This document shows positions 35,800 to 48,997 of a stretch of DNA of 64,000 nucleotides, piece after piece; within the stretch, counting starts at the first letter, position 1; each line of letters starts with the position of its first letter. The notes below the pieces were generated by a model. That model ran no database searches, was not told the DNA's origin, and worked only from the letters and a program-made list of their open reading frames with translations. This DNA is from Octopus sinensis. Its lineage: Eukaryota. Where the stretch lies: the NCBI RefSeq assembly GCF_006345805.1, contig NC_043011.1, forward strand, positions 60,834,464-60,898,463, in the 5' to 3' direction. The position numbers were made by a program, and so were the translations under genes.

Positions 35800-37150
35800 A
35801 AGTCGACAAATTCTCGCAGACAACTGAAAAACTGCACTGCTAGAGAGTTTATTTTGTGGAGCTACTTGGAATTGGTAAGCTCGTTCTTTTGAACTTTAAA
35901 TTGACGGAAAGTATGATGCTTGTTCCATTTCTTGTTTTGTTTTTGTACTGCAAACTTATTTTGCATATCTTGATATTAATTACGCGACAACCATTTCTCG
36001 GACATAACACAATGTTTACTTCAGCATCACCTTGGGTAATCCTTTAAAAAAATTTTAATGCAGATTTTCTACTGCAAAAGGAGCGTGCGATAGTGTGATA
36101 GGTATTATCCTTTAAGGCATCTTTGCTTTCAAAGGGAATATATTTCTTACTACGAAGGAAGAAAAAAGATAGTCTTCGTCCGAGAAAAATAGCTGTTGAT
36201 TTGAAAATTTCGAAGTCTAGAGTGGAATACACTTTTAAGAATGACTGTAGCCGAAAGAAGAATAAATGAGGAGGGAAAAAGTCGCTTGGGAAGAGAATTG
36301 AAAGGCGGATGAAGATGACAGTGTCTTGTGATGTGGCGGTTGGAGAAAATGTAACGGTACAGAGGTGAAGGAGAAATACGAAATAGATGTAAATATCCGA
36401 ATAGTTCAAGGAATGCCGAAAAAAATTGGCTGCAAGCATGGGAGGGCCAAGAAGTAGATCCATTCAAGCAAAAGAAAAAAAAAGTAAGAAAGCAGGGTTG
36501 GACTGCACAAAATTATTGTTAACTACGTCTGTTGATTTTACCAAAGTAAATTTTAATAAGAAGCGATTTAAGGCCGATGGACCTAACAACTGGTGTTCTT
36601 GGTCCAAAGAAAGATGAACCAGAGATGCTAATCAAAAGGTAGATGGGCGGAGGAGGAGTTATGGTATAGGGAATAGTCTTTCCAAGGGGATATTTTTGGT
36701 TAGAGTGGTCGAAACAAAGGCAGAACAGCACGAGTTACATTCAGTTACATTCAAGCGAAAGTCTTAGAAAAGAAATGAGAGAGAATTTTATCCTCCAACA
36801 GGATAACTGCAGCATTGAAGTGTCAAAAACAGTCAAGAAATGGAAGAGAGATATGGAAATAAGTCCACTGGAATGACCAGCGAGCTATCCAGACTTGAAT
36901 TTAATTGAATATATACGGACAGTGTCGGCTCAGCTTATGTATGAAGGGCCAGAAGTGACAAATGAGGCAGAATTATGGAAACGGATTTTAGGAACCAAAA
37001 GAAGACAGAAACAATAACGAACATTTCTGTTCTCCGGTACAACGAACAAATAATGGACATAATCGGAAAGAAAAGGCGACTGTGTGGACGACTAAAGCTG
37101 AATGGTGTTGTCGGCAACATATGGCATTTTCATGTAATTTTCGTCAATTT
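35800..37150 (+). pseudogene. Degenerate Tc1/Tc3-like DDE transposase
   Basis: KKRFKADGP (cf. EKKFNLDGP), KR*MGGGGVMV*G, QQDNCSI, *PASYPDLNLIE (cf. WPARSPDLNPIE), scattered over several frames. Confidence 0.8.
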
Positions 37151-37470
37151 TTGTTACAGACGTGCTCAGGGCGCGCAATCAGAAGCGGAAATATTACGCA
37201 CAGTCGACATTGTTTTACTTTAGAAGTGTGTTTATCACTAAGTGTCTATAAGGGCTGCTTCTCAGTTGTCCCCCAGAAATGTGTCGATCCCCTGTATGTA
37301 CGTACAGGAATACACTCACACACACACACACAAAAATACACACACATATATATATATATATATGTATGTATATATACATATACTCACACACATATATATG
37401 TTTCTATATGTATATGTATGTATATATATAATGTATATACATACACACGCATATATACATGTATATATAC

Positions 37471-37516
<46 letters not shown>

Positions 37517-37545
37517 ATGTGTGTGTATATATATATATCTGTCTG

Positions 37546-37579
<34 letters not shown>

Positions 37580-37580
37580 A

Positions 37581-37630
<50 letters not shown>

Positions 37631-38276
37631 ATATATATATATATGCATCAAATGAAATAAAAAACAGAACACAAAGGATGTCGCGGTACACGTGTTTCAA
37701 GCTTTATGCAACCACCTATTCTTACATCAATGTATAATCGACAATGTATAATCCCTTCAGCCGCATGCAATTGCTATATCAAAGACTTCCATCACATTAT
37801 GAAAAATCCGAAATTGTACATTTGGTATTATCTATAATGGCGGGTATATTGAGTTTCACTGAGAAAGTAAGTTTGTAAATCTTCATAATCAAATAGGTAT
37901 GTAGGGTATGATTGGACTTCAAAAATCCGTCCATACTTTATCATCAGTCAACATCAGTCATACATATATATATTTGTGTATCTGTATGTATAGGCGTAAG
38001 TACTGTTTGTGTGTGGATGTATTTGCTTGTCTGAAGTTATGAGGATGGATCCGTTTTTTTATTTATGTCTGGGTGTGTCCGTCATATTTATTTACGGAGA
38101 AAGTTGTACCCGTGTTCGAGCTTGCGCGCGTGCGCCTGAATGCATGCGTTTGTACGTGTGTGTGTGTGTATGTGAGTGTTTGTGTGTATGTGTATGTGTG
38201 TGTATAGAACTATATCAATGAATGCATGCATCCATCCATGCATGTATATATAAATATATAAATATGTATAAATACA

Positions 38277-38318
<42 letters not shown>

Positions 38319-39039
38319 CAAGTTTTTAGTGAAAAATGAACGCTTATTTATAACTTTAGTGGAAGATAACGTTCCACAAATTCCAGTGCCAAGACAACAA
38401 GATCACATGTTTTCGACCTTCCTTGGTCTCATCCGTGATAGACCCTCGGCCGCTGCTTTAACACATCTTTAATAATCAGTTGCAATTCTTCCTGTACCAA
38501 TTCCGTTTTCAACGTCTGTTCACGCAAAATTTCCAAGAGAAAAAATTATGTAATATTTGTAGTTATAAGCATTAGAGTGGCATTGTCTGAGAGATGCGCT
38601 CTGAAATTGTACATCTGCTTCACTTTGTGTTTTGCCTGAAGCCAGGCAAAGGTAGCAAGGTAAGTCTGAATCGATTTTCGAAACTTATTGATTGGTCATC
38701 AGAGATGTCTATATGACTTGACCACTTCCAGAGAAATAAGTAACCAGTCGGTTCATAAAATCACGAACACACACACACACAGTCACACACTTACACACAC
38801 ATATGTGCACGCACATACGCACACACACATACACACAAACACACTTCACTTACACACACACAAGCAAATACATACACATACATACACGTACACACACATA
38901 CAGACATGCACATACGTGCACACACGTACGCACACACACACACACACACACACACACGCGCGCATACACAGACACTCAGGCAAACACACAAATATACTCA
39001 AACGCACACTTACATACACACACCTTTTATTTTTGATCT

Positions 39040-39520
39040 TGGACAGCTGCAACGGACACAACGAAGCTGTGGTCAGCAGGAAGGGCTACAGCAAGCGTCC
39101 TGCGTGTTGGCCGGAATTCAGACAACACCTGACGATCAGAGCCTTAAGCTCAATTCAGATGGCTATGTGAAGCTGCTGGAGACTCTAGTGAATCCCTGAC
39201 TAAGGAGGATCGCTGTTGGAATTTTATATGTGTGGCAACAGAGTTTGTCTCCTTGCCATAACTCCGGAAAGCGTCACAAGTGGTTGCTGGAGAATTCCTA
39301 CGATTCCACCAGATCCAATTTCTGGCCTCCTAATTCCCGTGATTATAATCCCATGAATTACAATGTGTTGGTGCGGTTCAGAAAGACACCAATCGCTCTG
39401 CATACAAAACCAAGGCCGAGCTGTTCGCCAAGATCAAGGTGGGTGTTCACCAAGATCTTCCCGGGGTCACCTTGAGGGCATGGTAAAAGCTGAGAGCGGC
39501 TATTTCGAGCAAATTGTTAC
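39040..39520 (+). pseudogene. Degenerate maT/DD37D-type Tc1-mariner transposase C-terminal half
   Basis: YVKLLETLV.P...YVWQQSLSPCH.S...KWL.EN......FWPPNSRD.NPM.Y.V, ending ...MVKAESGYFE. Confidence 0.8.
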
Positions 39521-39879
39521 CACCCTTCCATTATCTGCTTGGTATGTCTTGAATTCTTAAAAATACTTTTATTTCTGGATGGAGTACTGTGTTTTCTTTC
39601 CTTTTTATACAAACTGTCAAATTTAGTTCGAACGCCCCGTATGCATTTCAATAATTTGCTTACGCATAACGATACTAATAACCTGCTATTAGAACTCAAA
39701 ATACGGATGCCTCAGAGGAAAACATTAATCGAGTTCACAGCGTAATAAGAGATTATATAAATGACAAGGGAACCAGGAATAATAAACATTCGTTACGCTA
39801 ATGAAGCTCATTACATAATTACTTGTTCCCTTGCCAGTTATATAATCTCTTATATATTCTTTTATTCTGTTGCTTGTTT

Positions 39880-40058
39880 TAGTCGTTTGACTGCGGCCAT
39901 GCTAGAGCACCGCCTTAAAAGGGTTTTTCAGTCGAAGAAATCGATCCCAGGACTTTATTCTTTGTTAGTCTAGTATTTATTCTATCGGTCTCTTTTACTG
40001 AACCGCTGGATTGTGGGAACATAAACAACCGATGGCAGAGGGACAAGCACTGACACGC

Positions 40059-40103
<45 letters not shown>

Positions 40104-40199
40104 TAATTAGAGACAAAACCACTATTATGCAAATCAAACAAAGAAAGGCTTAAGCCAATACATAAAAAAATTTATATAATATGTATGTATACATTCTTT

Positions 40200-40281
<82 letters not shown>

Positions 40282-40440
40282 TTCAGTTTCTGTTAACCAA
40301 ATCCACTCACAAAGATTTGGTCGGCCCGAGGCTATAGTAGAAGACACTTGCCAAAGGTTCCACGCAGTGGGATGGAACCCGGAACTATGTGGTTGGGGAG
40401 CAAGCTTCTTAAAACACAGCCACACTCACGCCTACGCTTG
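39880..40440 (-). mobile_element. SINE family A split at its internal microsatellite by an AT-rich repeat (40095-40200)
   Basis: 3' half at 39880-40050, 5' half at 40270-40440; the insert matches the arm of the 3954 foldback. Confidence 0.8.
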
Positions 40441-40749
40441 TGTGTGTGTGTGTGTGTATGTGTGTGTATGGTGTGTGTGTGTGTGTATAAATTACTATAA
40501 AGAGCTAAGCCCAATATAATACCGCAAAGAAAAACATTTTATCGTCCCTAATTATGACTAGGGGTGGGTGCCGAATCACCTATATTGCAAAAAATAAGTA
40601 TTTAACTCTTATTACTTGCAATATATGTGCCTCAGTCACAGTTAGTGATGATAAAATTTTTCCTTTATGGTATTATATTGCGCTTAGTTATTTATAGCAA
40701 TTTTTGATATACGCCACAATCAGCCACAAATGTTTATGGTAAAAATATA

Positions 40750-41638
40750 CGAGGGAGTGACCCAAAGAAACCGGAATTTTGCAATATTATTTTATTCACT
40801 TAGTTTTACATGTTTACACTTTTATCGCCTTCAAAATATTTTCCATTCGAAGCAATGTATCGGTCCAGGCGCGTTTTCCATTGTTCGAAGCAATGCTGAA
40901 ACTTTTGCGAAGTGATGCCTTTTAACGCATCCATCATTTTATTCTTCACCTTTTCCACGTCTGCAAATTTCGTAGCACCAGCTTTCGGAACCAGTAATGA
41001 CATTCAAGTAAAGATCCGGATCAATTTCCACCTTTTCTTTCAGTTCACGACACGCATTCAGCCGTGACTGTTTCTGATCTTCCGTGACCAAGTGAGGTAC
41101 AAATTTTGTTGCAACTCTTTTCAGTCGCAATTCTTCGCTCAAAATTCGTTGGCAGGAGCTCCAGGACACACCAATCATATCAACAAGTTCGTCAGTTGTT
41201 TGGTGATGGTTCTCCAAGATCAGTTCATGAATTTTCGTGATGCTTTCATTCGTTTGGGAGATCGACGGTCGTCCTGCACGAAGTTGGTCTCCAAGCCACA
41301 AGTGACCATTCCTAAAGCTTGAAAACCACTCATAAACTTGTGTTTTGCTCATGGCATCGTCCTTGTAAGCTGTTTGAAACACGACAACTATTTTGGCTGC
41401 CGTTTTCCCCGGCAGAAAACAATTTCACGAAAGCATGCTGTTCCTTGGTTTTACATCGCAAAAATCGAAGAGGAACGGAGCTCTGCAGAACAAAGACGCA
41501 CGACGTGGCAGTAGGACGCCAGAGGGCGACACCGGTCGGCAGACTGATCCGTGAGAGTCACATCAAGTGGACTCTAGCGGCAGAAGCCTGAACAACAGAA
41601 GCCTGAGAACGTTTCCGGTTAGTTTTGGGTATCTTCGC
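40750..41638 (-). mobile_element. Internally deleted mariner element
   Basis: HTH region (AMSKTQVYEWF...GRP...KFVPHL) and ITGSESWCYE joined to the C-terminus FADVE.VK...CFEQWK.R.D.YIASNGKYFEGD; degenerate TIRs sharing acccaaa..aaccggaa. Confidence 0.88.
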
Positions 41639-41782
41639 GAGGATACTGATAACCGTATTTAGCCAAACCTTCGAACATTTGAGTAGTCACTACTGACGAA
41701 CCTGCGACTGATAGGCGAAACTACTCTACTCTAGTGATCCTAGAGACGCTCATGGCGCGGTTATGTCCCCTGTCAGTGTATA

Positions 41783-41889
41783 CGAGGGGTGTAAGAAAAG
41801 CTTTGAGCCTTCAAGGCCTTTGTGCTTTGAAGTCTTGTACCTTGTTTTGCTTTGTTTTTTGAGGTTCAAGACTTTTCATACACCCCTCG
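41783..41889. mobile_element. 107-bp mariner-type MITE
   Basis: TIRs CGAGGGGTGTA(A/T)GAAAAG..TTGA.CCT with TA flanks. Confidence 0.85.
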
Positions 41890-42479
41890 TATACATTGTG
41901 CACTTTTTATAACAATAAAAGTTTGTAACTCTTAATGCTGTAAGCATATATACGGTTGTTTATAAATCGGGCTTTAGCGAAACGGTATAATTTGAGTCGA
42001 CATTTTTGCCAATACAATCAGAAAATTTGAACATTGATTTCTTTCGAAATTCATTTATATTCCCGGTCCTGATTTGAATGCAATATGGCGGTTTTAATAC
42101 TTCTGCTGAAGTAATACTTTATCATCGTTCACTACGTTATGCAATGATTCTAATGTAAAAGATTAGAAGAACCATTCTTGTCGATTCTGTTGAATAACGT
42201 CAATTTAACCATGCCGAAATATTACTACACCTAAAGCAATCACTGCGTTAGTAGAATCTCCCTTGTTAGATTATTTCTGAAAGCCAATCAGATCATTGAA
42301 GCTTAGTGGATAAAATCATTTGATTATTTGTTGCTTCCTTCGTTTCCTGCCAATTCCACAGAGACTCGTAGACTCACAAATCAGCTTGGAATCTATCGAT
42401 TTGTTGGAAGATTTGGATTCTTGCTGCTCAATCTGTCATTAATGCTGAGAGTGTAGCTCTTGTAATACGATGTAAATGC

Positions 42480-42499
42480 ACATACATACATTCATAGAT

Positions 42500-42530
<31 letters not shown>

Positions 42531-43004
42531 TATATACATACATATACACGCATATTCACACATACGCACACATAAATATATATGTACATACATATATGTG
42601 TATATATATATGTATATGTGTATATGTATGTATACATATGTATATATATATATACATATATATATACATATATATGTATATATATATATATCTATATATA
42701 TGTGTGTATGTATATATATATATGTATATATATATATGTACATATATATATGTGTATATATATATGTATATATATATAGACACACATACATAAATATATA
42801 TATGCATACACACACAGACACACACACATACGTATATGCATACAGGCATGTACAAATACATATCCATGCATACTCGTACAAAAATGCGTACATATACACA
42901 CATATACACACATATAAATAGCTTAACACATCATGCTTAATACGTACATACATACATTCATACAATCATACATACATACACACACATACACGCACGCACG
43001 CACG

Positions 43005-43030
<26 letters not shown>
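42480..43030. repeat. (TA)n/(CA)n/(TACA)n tract
   Basis: Directly visible. Confidence 0.9.
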
Positions 43031-43035
<5 letters not shown>

Positions 43036-43511
43036 AAACAATCATGAAATCTCAGGTATACTATAAAGATAAACACCATATACATAAAAGTATATAAATA
43101 AACGTATATTCACAAACACAGGTAAACATACAAGGTGCATGTTATGAAATATCTACATTAAATAGATACAAATACTGAATCATAAGCAAACCCACCAACG
43201 TTCATACATAGATACACACACACACACACACTCACACATACACGCAAGCTTAAACACTAACTATGCTACTACATAATGCAATCAGCACCAGATATATTTC
43301 CATGTGCCCTTGTGTATGTATGTGTATGTACGTGTGTGTATGCGCGTGTGTATTATACGTGTGTGTATGTGTGTGCGTATGTGTGTCTGGATACACGTGT
43401 GTGCATGTATATGAATGTGTACCTATACACACACACACTTTCAGGAGACGCTTAAAAAAAGCCTTAACATCACCAGATAGTATAAGATGAAAAGTAGCTT
43501 TATACTGATAT

Positions 43512-43616
<105 letters not shown>

Positions 43617-43690
43617 GAGATATACATACACATATACATACATACAAACATATATACATGTGTGTGTGTGTTTATATATATATATATATA

Positions 43691-44640
43691 CGAGGTATAG
43701 TCAAAAAGTATACGACCTTCAATGTTTCCGCACAAAATAATAACACGTGAGCAAAATCCGCATCCTTCCTGAACATGCGCAAAATGTTTCGTGTCTGTGG
43801 GTTGCGCCATTCACCCACAGAGGCATGTAGAATACAGACATGTAGAGTGTGGCTTGCAGTTTTTCTTTTTGCGACAAGCTGACCGAGTTCATTGAGCAAT
43901 AATACTGTACCAAATTCTGCCAAAAACTTGGTGATACGCAAGCCCAGACTATCGAGAAAATTCAGAAGGCCTTTGGAGAAGATGCTATGGGAAAAACAGA
44001 AATAAAGGAGTGGTACATTATGGAAGCACTCCGTCGGTTACGACGACGAGGGTTCCGGTTGATCCGAATCAACGGAACAGCCTGCTCGTGAAATTAACGT
44101 GTAAGTGGCTGAGCACTCCACAGACACGTGCACCCTTAACGTAGTTCTCGGGGATATTCAGCGTGACACAGAGAGTGACAAGGCCGGCCCTTTGAAATAC
44201 AGGTACAACAGAAACAGGAAGTAAGAGTGAGAGAAAGTTGTGGTGAAAGAGTACAGCAGGGATCACCACCATCCCCTGCCGGAGCCTCGTGGAGCTTTTT
44301 TAGGTGTTTTCGCTCAATAAACACTCATAACGCCCGGTCTGGGAATCGAAACCGCGATCCTATGACCGCGAATCCGCTGCGCTAACCACTGGGCCATTGC
44401 GCCTCCACAATGGTACAACCGGTTCAAAGACGGCTGCAGCACAGTGTACAGGGAATCACGTTGTGGCGGATCATCGACTAGCAGAAACGAAGAAATCGTT
44501 ACAATTATTATTCGTCGGCTTCGTGAAGCTGAGCGGCGAAAACGAACTGACCTGTGGGCAGCAAAGTACTGGCAACTCCAATGTGACAACGTCGTCCAAG
44601 CATTCCTCGATAGGCTTTCTACTCCCCAGACGTGTATACG
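43691..44640 (+). mobile_element. Degenerate mariner element interrupted by a SINE
   Basis: TA-CGAGGTATAGTCAAAAAGT end; EQ*YC.KFCQKLGDTQAQTIEKIQKAFGEDAMGKTEIKEWY continues as NRFKDG after the SINE; later RRLREA.RRKR.DLWAAK.WQL. Confidence 0.82.
44018..44410 (-). mobile_element. SINE family B, long tail type, with 7-bp TSD
   Basis: TGGTACA at 44011-44017 and 44411-44417; near-consensus copy. Confidence 0.93.
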
Positions 44641-44869
44641 GATGTATATATATATATATATATATACTTCAAGAATTGTGCATAGTACTGAATAACTTCA
44701 TGCTTGGAGAAGAAGAGCATGCACACAGGAACTCACACATGCGCTTAGTACTTGTATACACATTCATACATACTCACATGCATAGATGTAAACATGCATA
44801 GGCACACATACACACACACACAGTTGTATATTTATGTTCACATATGATAACCGTTGGAAAGTTGATAAC

Positions 44870-44894
44870 GACGACGAAGAAGATGATGATGAAA

Positions 44895-44925
<31 letters not shown>

Positions 44926-45060
44926 GGAGGAGGAGGAGGGGGAGGACAACTACGACGACAACGGCAACGCTAACGATAACAATAGCTATGAAGATGATGT
45001 TAATGACGGCAACGATGACGAAGATGAAGATGATGAAGCAGGTGATGATGATGATGATGC
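44870..45060. repeat. (GAT/GAC/GAG)n trinucleotide tract
   Basis: Directly visible. Confidence 0.85.
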
Positions 45061-45570
45061 TGTTTTTCTTTTCTAAGGATTCGTCTAGGGACTCGATTTT
45101 CTCGCCACTGCGATCCTCTTGCGAAACAGTTGGGTGAACCTTGAGACGAAGTACAAACTCTCAACCTCAGTTTCATATAGAACCATATCCTCTACATCAT
45201 GTATTGAGCACTCGTTTCTCATTCGTTCGATAAAAACAATGTAAGTATTCATATACATACATACACACATACATACATACATTCATAGATACACACATGC
45301 ATAGATACACACATACACACATGCATACATACATACACACACATACATACATACATACATACATACATACATACATACATACATACATACATACATACAT
45401 ACATGTGACACCATATACCCCTTCCTGATCAATAGCAGCTCATCTTCCAGAAGCCATCTCGGACCTCTTCACCCTGGGTCTCTTCATTCATCCGGTCATT
45501 GCAGAAGCCTGAAGGAGACTGGCTCGAAGTACTACGGAATCCGAATCAATTTTTTTAAACACACACACAC

Positions 45571-45599
<29 letters not shown>

Positions 45600-45603
<4 letters not shown>

Positions 45604-45679
45604 TTGGAATATATAGGTATGAATATATATTATCAGTATCATCAGCAAATATTGAAATGTGTCGGACAAATGGTCAATA

Positions 45680-45732
<53 letters not shown>

Positions 45733-45744
45733 ATGTATGTATAT

Positions 45745-45807
<63 letters not shown>

Positions 45808-45960
45808 TATACGTATATATATATGTATATATATGTGTTTGTATACACACACACACACACATACACACACGCACATATATATATATATATATATATTAAA
45901 TGTATGTATATGTGTACATATATACATTTATATAATGTATATATAAATATGTATAGATAT
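45600..45960. repeat. (TA)n-rich tract
   Basis: Directly visible. Confidence 0.9.
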
Positions 45961-46654
45961 GTTTGCGTATATGTATGGATCTATCTATCTAGCTACTTAT
46001 ATATTCAATTATTTATCTCTCTCTTCCGCATCTCCCTCTCTCTCTCTCTATATATATATATATATCAGCACAGAAAACGGATATTACATAATGATGCTGC
46101 TGCTGATGATGTATATATATATATATATGTACATCACATCCACCCACACCCACACCCCTACATCTATAACAGAATTTCGTCTATTCATACATTCTTTCGT
46201 CGCATTCTATCCGAGCAGAGATGATACATTATTCATATCTACATGTATCAGAGTAGTCATTTATTATCAAATGACATTCCAGTCTCCCGATAAAATAAAT
46301 AAATAAATCAACAAAAACAATAAAAAAACAATAACCAAATAGAATTACTGTTCTTTTCTGTTTTTTTTTTCTTCTTTTTCCTCCGTGGTTGCTAAATGAT
46401 TATGACCATATCGTATCATTCCGACATCTTCAGAGTATAGATGACATGCAAGAATACAAGAATGCCATAATAAATAGCTTTAAAGAATCACAATCACAAA
46501 TAACTGTACTAACGTTGCTATGGCGACTACATCGTTGTGTGTCGTGTATTTTCGTGTATTTCTGTAAATCAGGATTAAGTGGGAAACGGAGGGAATCTGA
46601 GAGGAACTTGTTTCGAATAATGATTAGTTCCATATTTAATACAGTTATTGTTTT

Positions 46655-46790
46655 TCGGAAGAAATGCTTTGCCGTCTTTCGTCCGCTCCCTTTGCGTCCC
46701 AAGTTCAAAACTCAACTTGGGTTAGCTTCACATTTCGTCCATTCGGCTTCGATAAAATATCGAACCTGTCAAGTATTGGGATCGATAGCA
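46655..46790 (+). mobile_element. Degenerate SINE family C immediately 5' of a LINE fragment
   Basis: gaaatgctt...caagttcaaaact...ttcgataaaat...gtattgggatcgat. Confidence 0.55.
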
Positions 46791-46799
46791 TCTAAGCGC

Positions 46800-47510
46800 C
46801 TCTATCCTCAAAATTCCGGGCCTGTTCGGAACAAACTTTACAGGCACGGAAGTGCCGTCATCCGGGCCAGCCCGAGGTGCGCACGGAAGAATGAAACCGT
46901 TCTGCACACCCTAGTCCAGTGCCCGAGTAATGCTGATCTGTGGGTTTATGTCGAACACCCGCTGTCGTGTGTGGGACGCATCCGGCTATCAGCTGAATCC
47001 ATTGTAAGGATTGCTCCACCACCCTCTTTTGGCCAGGAAGGGCAGGCAATTTTTATTTGTCTGGTGGTTGTAGCGAAAGAGGTAGTATGCTGGACCCGTT
47101 TGAAAGGGCTAACGACAGATACTTTCCTGTTTGGTCAAGCCCTCAACTTTTTCAAGTTTCACTTGGAAAGCAAGTTGAGGGTGGAGAGGGAAGTGTTGCT
47201 TTCTAGCAAGTTTGTTGAAAGGTGGTTGAATGTTGGAAGAATGGCCAGTGTGAAAGGACCAATTCTAAATTGGTAAATAAAAGAAGGGCTCTTGCCCTGT
47301 TGTTCAGGCATTCGCGGGTTTTGTGGTTTCTTCCACGAGGTCCTTAAAGCATCTCTCCTATTGGGAGTTTTAATTTGTTTAATTTTTAATTGTTATTTGT
47401 ATTGTTTACACATTGTAAAACCACTTATATCGTCCTGTTTTTGCCTTTTATGTTGTTGTATGTCTTTTAATGTAATTTTATGTGAGCCCTTGTGGCTAAT
47501 AAAAGAATTA
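46800..47510 (+). mobile_element. 5'-truncated L1/Tx1-clade LINE (ORF2 C-terminal Cys/His region and 3' UTR)
   Basis: PVRNKLYRHG...SPRC...ETVLHTLVQCP...LW...KEVVCWTR...FF...L..K.RVER...F.ERW; stop at 47276; ends ccttgtggctAATAAAagaa. Confidence 0.85.
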
Positions 47511-47545
47511 ATAATTATTATTGTTCTTCTTCTTATTATTATATA

Positions 47546-47755
47546 AGGCTGTGAGCTGGCAGTATCGTTAGCACGCTGGACGAAATGCTTAGCAGTATTT
47601 CGCCCGTCGCTGCGTTCTGAGTTCAATCTCCCCCGAGGTCGACTTTGCCTTTCATCCTTTCTGAGTCGATAAATTGAGTATCAGTAAAACATTGGGGTCG
47701 ATGTAAGTGACTAGTCCCTTCCACACAAAATTCTGGCCTTGTGTAGAAAGGATTA
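47546..47755 (+). mobile_element. SINE family C, full length
   Basis: ggctgtgagctggcagtatcgttagcacgctggacgaaatgcttagc...gagttcaatctcc...gaggtcgactttgcctttcatcc. Confidence 0.9.
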
Positions 47756-47816
47756 CTCTTCTTGTTCTCCTCCTTCCCCCTCCTCCTCCCCTCCCCCTTC
47801 AACTTCTTTTCTTCTT

Positions 47817-47847
<31 letters not shown>

Positions 47848-48119
47848 TTATTATTATTATTATATGAAAATTCGAAGCTCATTTTGCTGTTGGTAGTTGA
47901 GTGCTGATACTTCCAACTGCACCAATTACTATTGCTATCACGTCTACTCTCTTCATTGACCATAACTTTCGTATTTCCCACTTTAAATCGTCGTAGTTGT
48001 TTATTTTTCTTTTTTCTCTTTTTCTTCTCTTTTCTCATTTTTCGTCTTCTTTCACGTTGATCTTGTTGTCACCGGGGCATGCTATGTCGATTATCATACA
48101 TGCTCTTTCTTGCTATGTC

Positions 48120-48121
48120 GA

Positions 48122-48164
<43 letters not shown>

Positions 48165-48250
48165 GCTATTGTTGTTGTTGTTGCTGCTGTTGTTGTTCTT
48201 GCTGCTGCTGTTGTTGTTGTTGTTGTTGTTGCCGCTGTTGTTGTTGTTAT
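48120..48250. repeat. (ATT)n(GTT/GCT)n microsatellite
   Basis: Directly visible. Confidence 0.9.
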
Positions 48251-48261
48251 CACTGTTACGT

Positions 48262-48997
48262 TTACTTTGCATGTTTGATGCAATCACTTGTCGGGACACC
48301 CAGCACCCTAGGGTGAGTGGAGTTTAAGAGATGTTGAAATATAATTGAATGATTGGCGAGGGGAAGTGGCGATGGCAGTAAAGAAGTGCCTCCATCTAAC
48401 ACAACACGAACATATAATTTGATCAGATTTTCCTAAGGATGTGTGCAGCACTTATTAGCACAATCTTCTGGATTTCCTTGAGATATGGTTCTCCTGGGAT
48501 GTTATCTAAATGTTTCTGACATCCCTTCTTTATCATACTTAAGCACCTACAATAACAGGAACAATTTTTGCTTTAATATTCTACGTCTTTTGTATTTCAG
48601 CTTCCAGGCTGTTATATTAACTAAGTTTATCAAACTCCTTTACGGGTATATTTTTATCAGTGGGAATACTACATCCATTAGTCAGCAAGTATTTTCTTCC
48701 CCGTCTTTAATAATTATGTCTGGTCAGTTAGCCTGGATCGTTCTGTCAGTGTTGACTGAAAAACCTCAGAGGACGGTGAGATTACCTTCAACTACGGTGA
48801 GACGGTGGGAGTAGCTTTAACTACTGGCTCAGATTGATGTTCATACCAGTAAGCAGGGGTATCCATTTTGTAGTGTTTACATATTTTCTTAAATATGTAA
48901 ATACTGTCCCACCCTATCGTGGCGATTTTTGAATGCGTTTGGGGTCAGCACAAGACATCCCGAAACTAGGTGGTCTATTGTTTCGTCAAATGTGTTT
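48262..48997 (-). mobile_element. 5'-truncated Dong/R4-clade retrotransposon (second family), pseudogenised
   Basis: ETIDHLVSGC.VL.....KNRHDRVGQYLH; TDRTIQAN*PDIIIKD; IVPVIVGAL; EIQKIVL...AHILRK, with stops and frameshifts. Confidence 0.88.

Noticed and set aside
42040-42110. Minus-strand ILHSNQDREY resembling an integrase ILHSDQG motif
   Set aside because: The surrounding frames are full of stops and show no other integrase motif.
44834-45076. Acidic poly-Asp/Glu ORF
   Set aside because: (GAT/GAC/GAG)n microsatellite with no flanking coding context.
46389-46800. N-terminal part of the 295-aa ORF 46389-47276 as one gene
   Set aside because: Only the part after about 46800 resembles LINE ORF2; the upstream part reads through unique sequence and a SINE.
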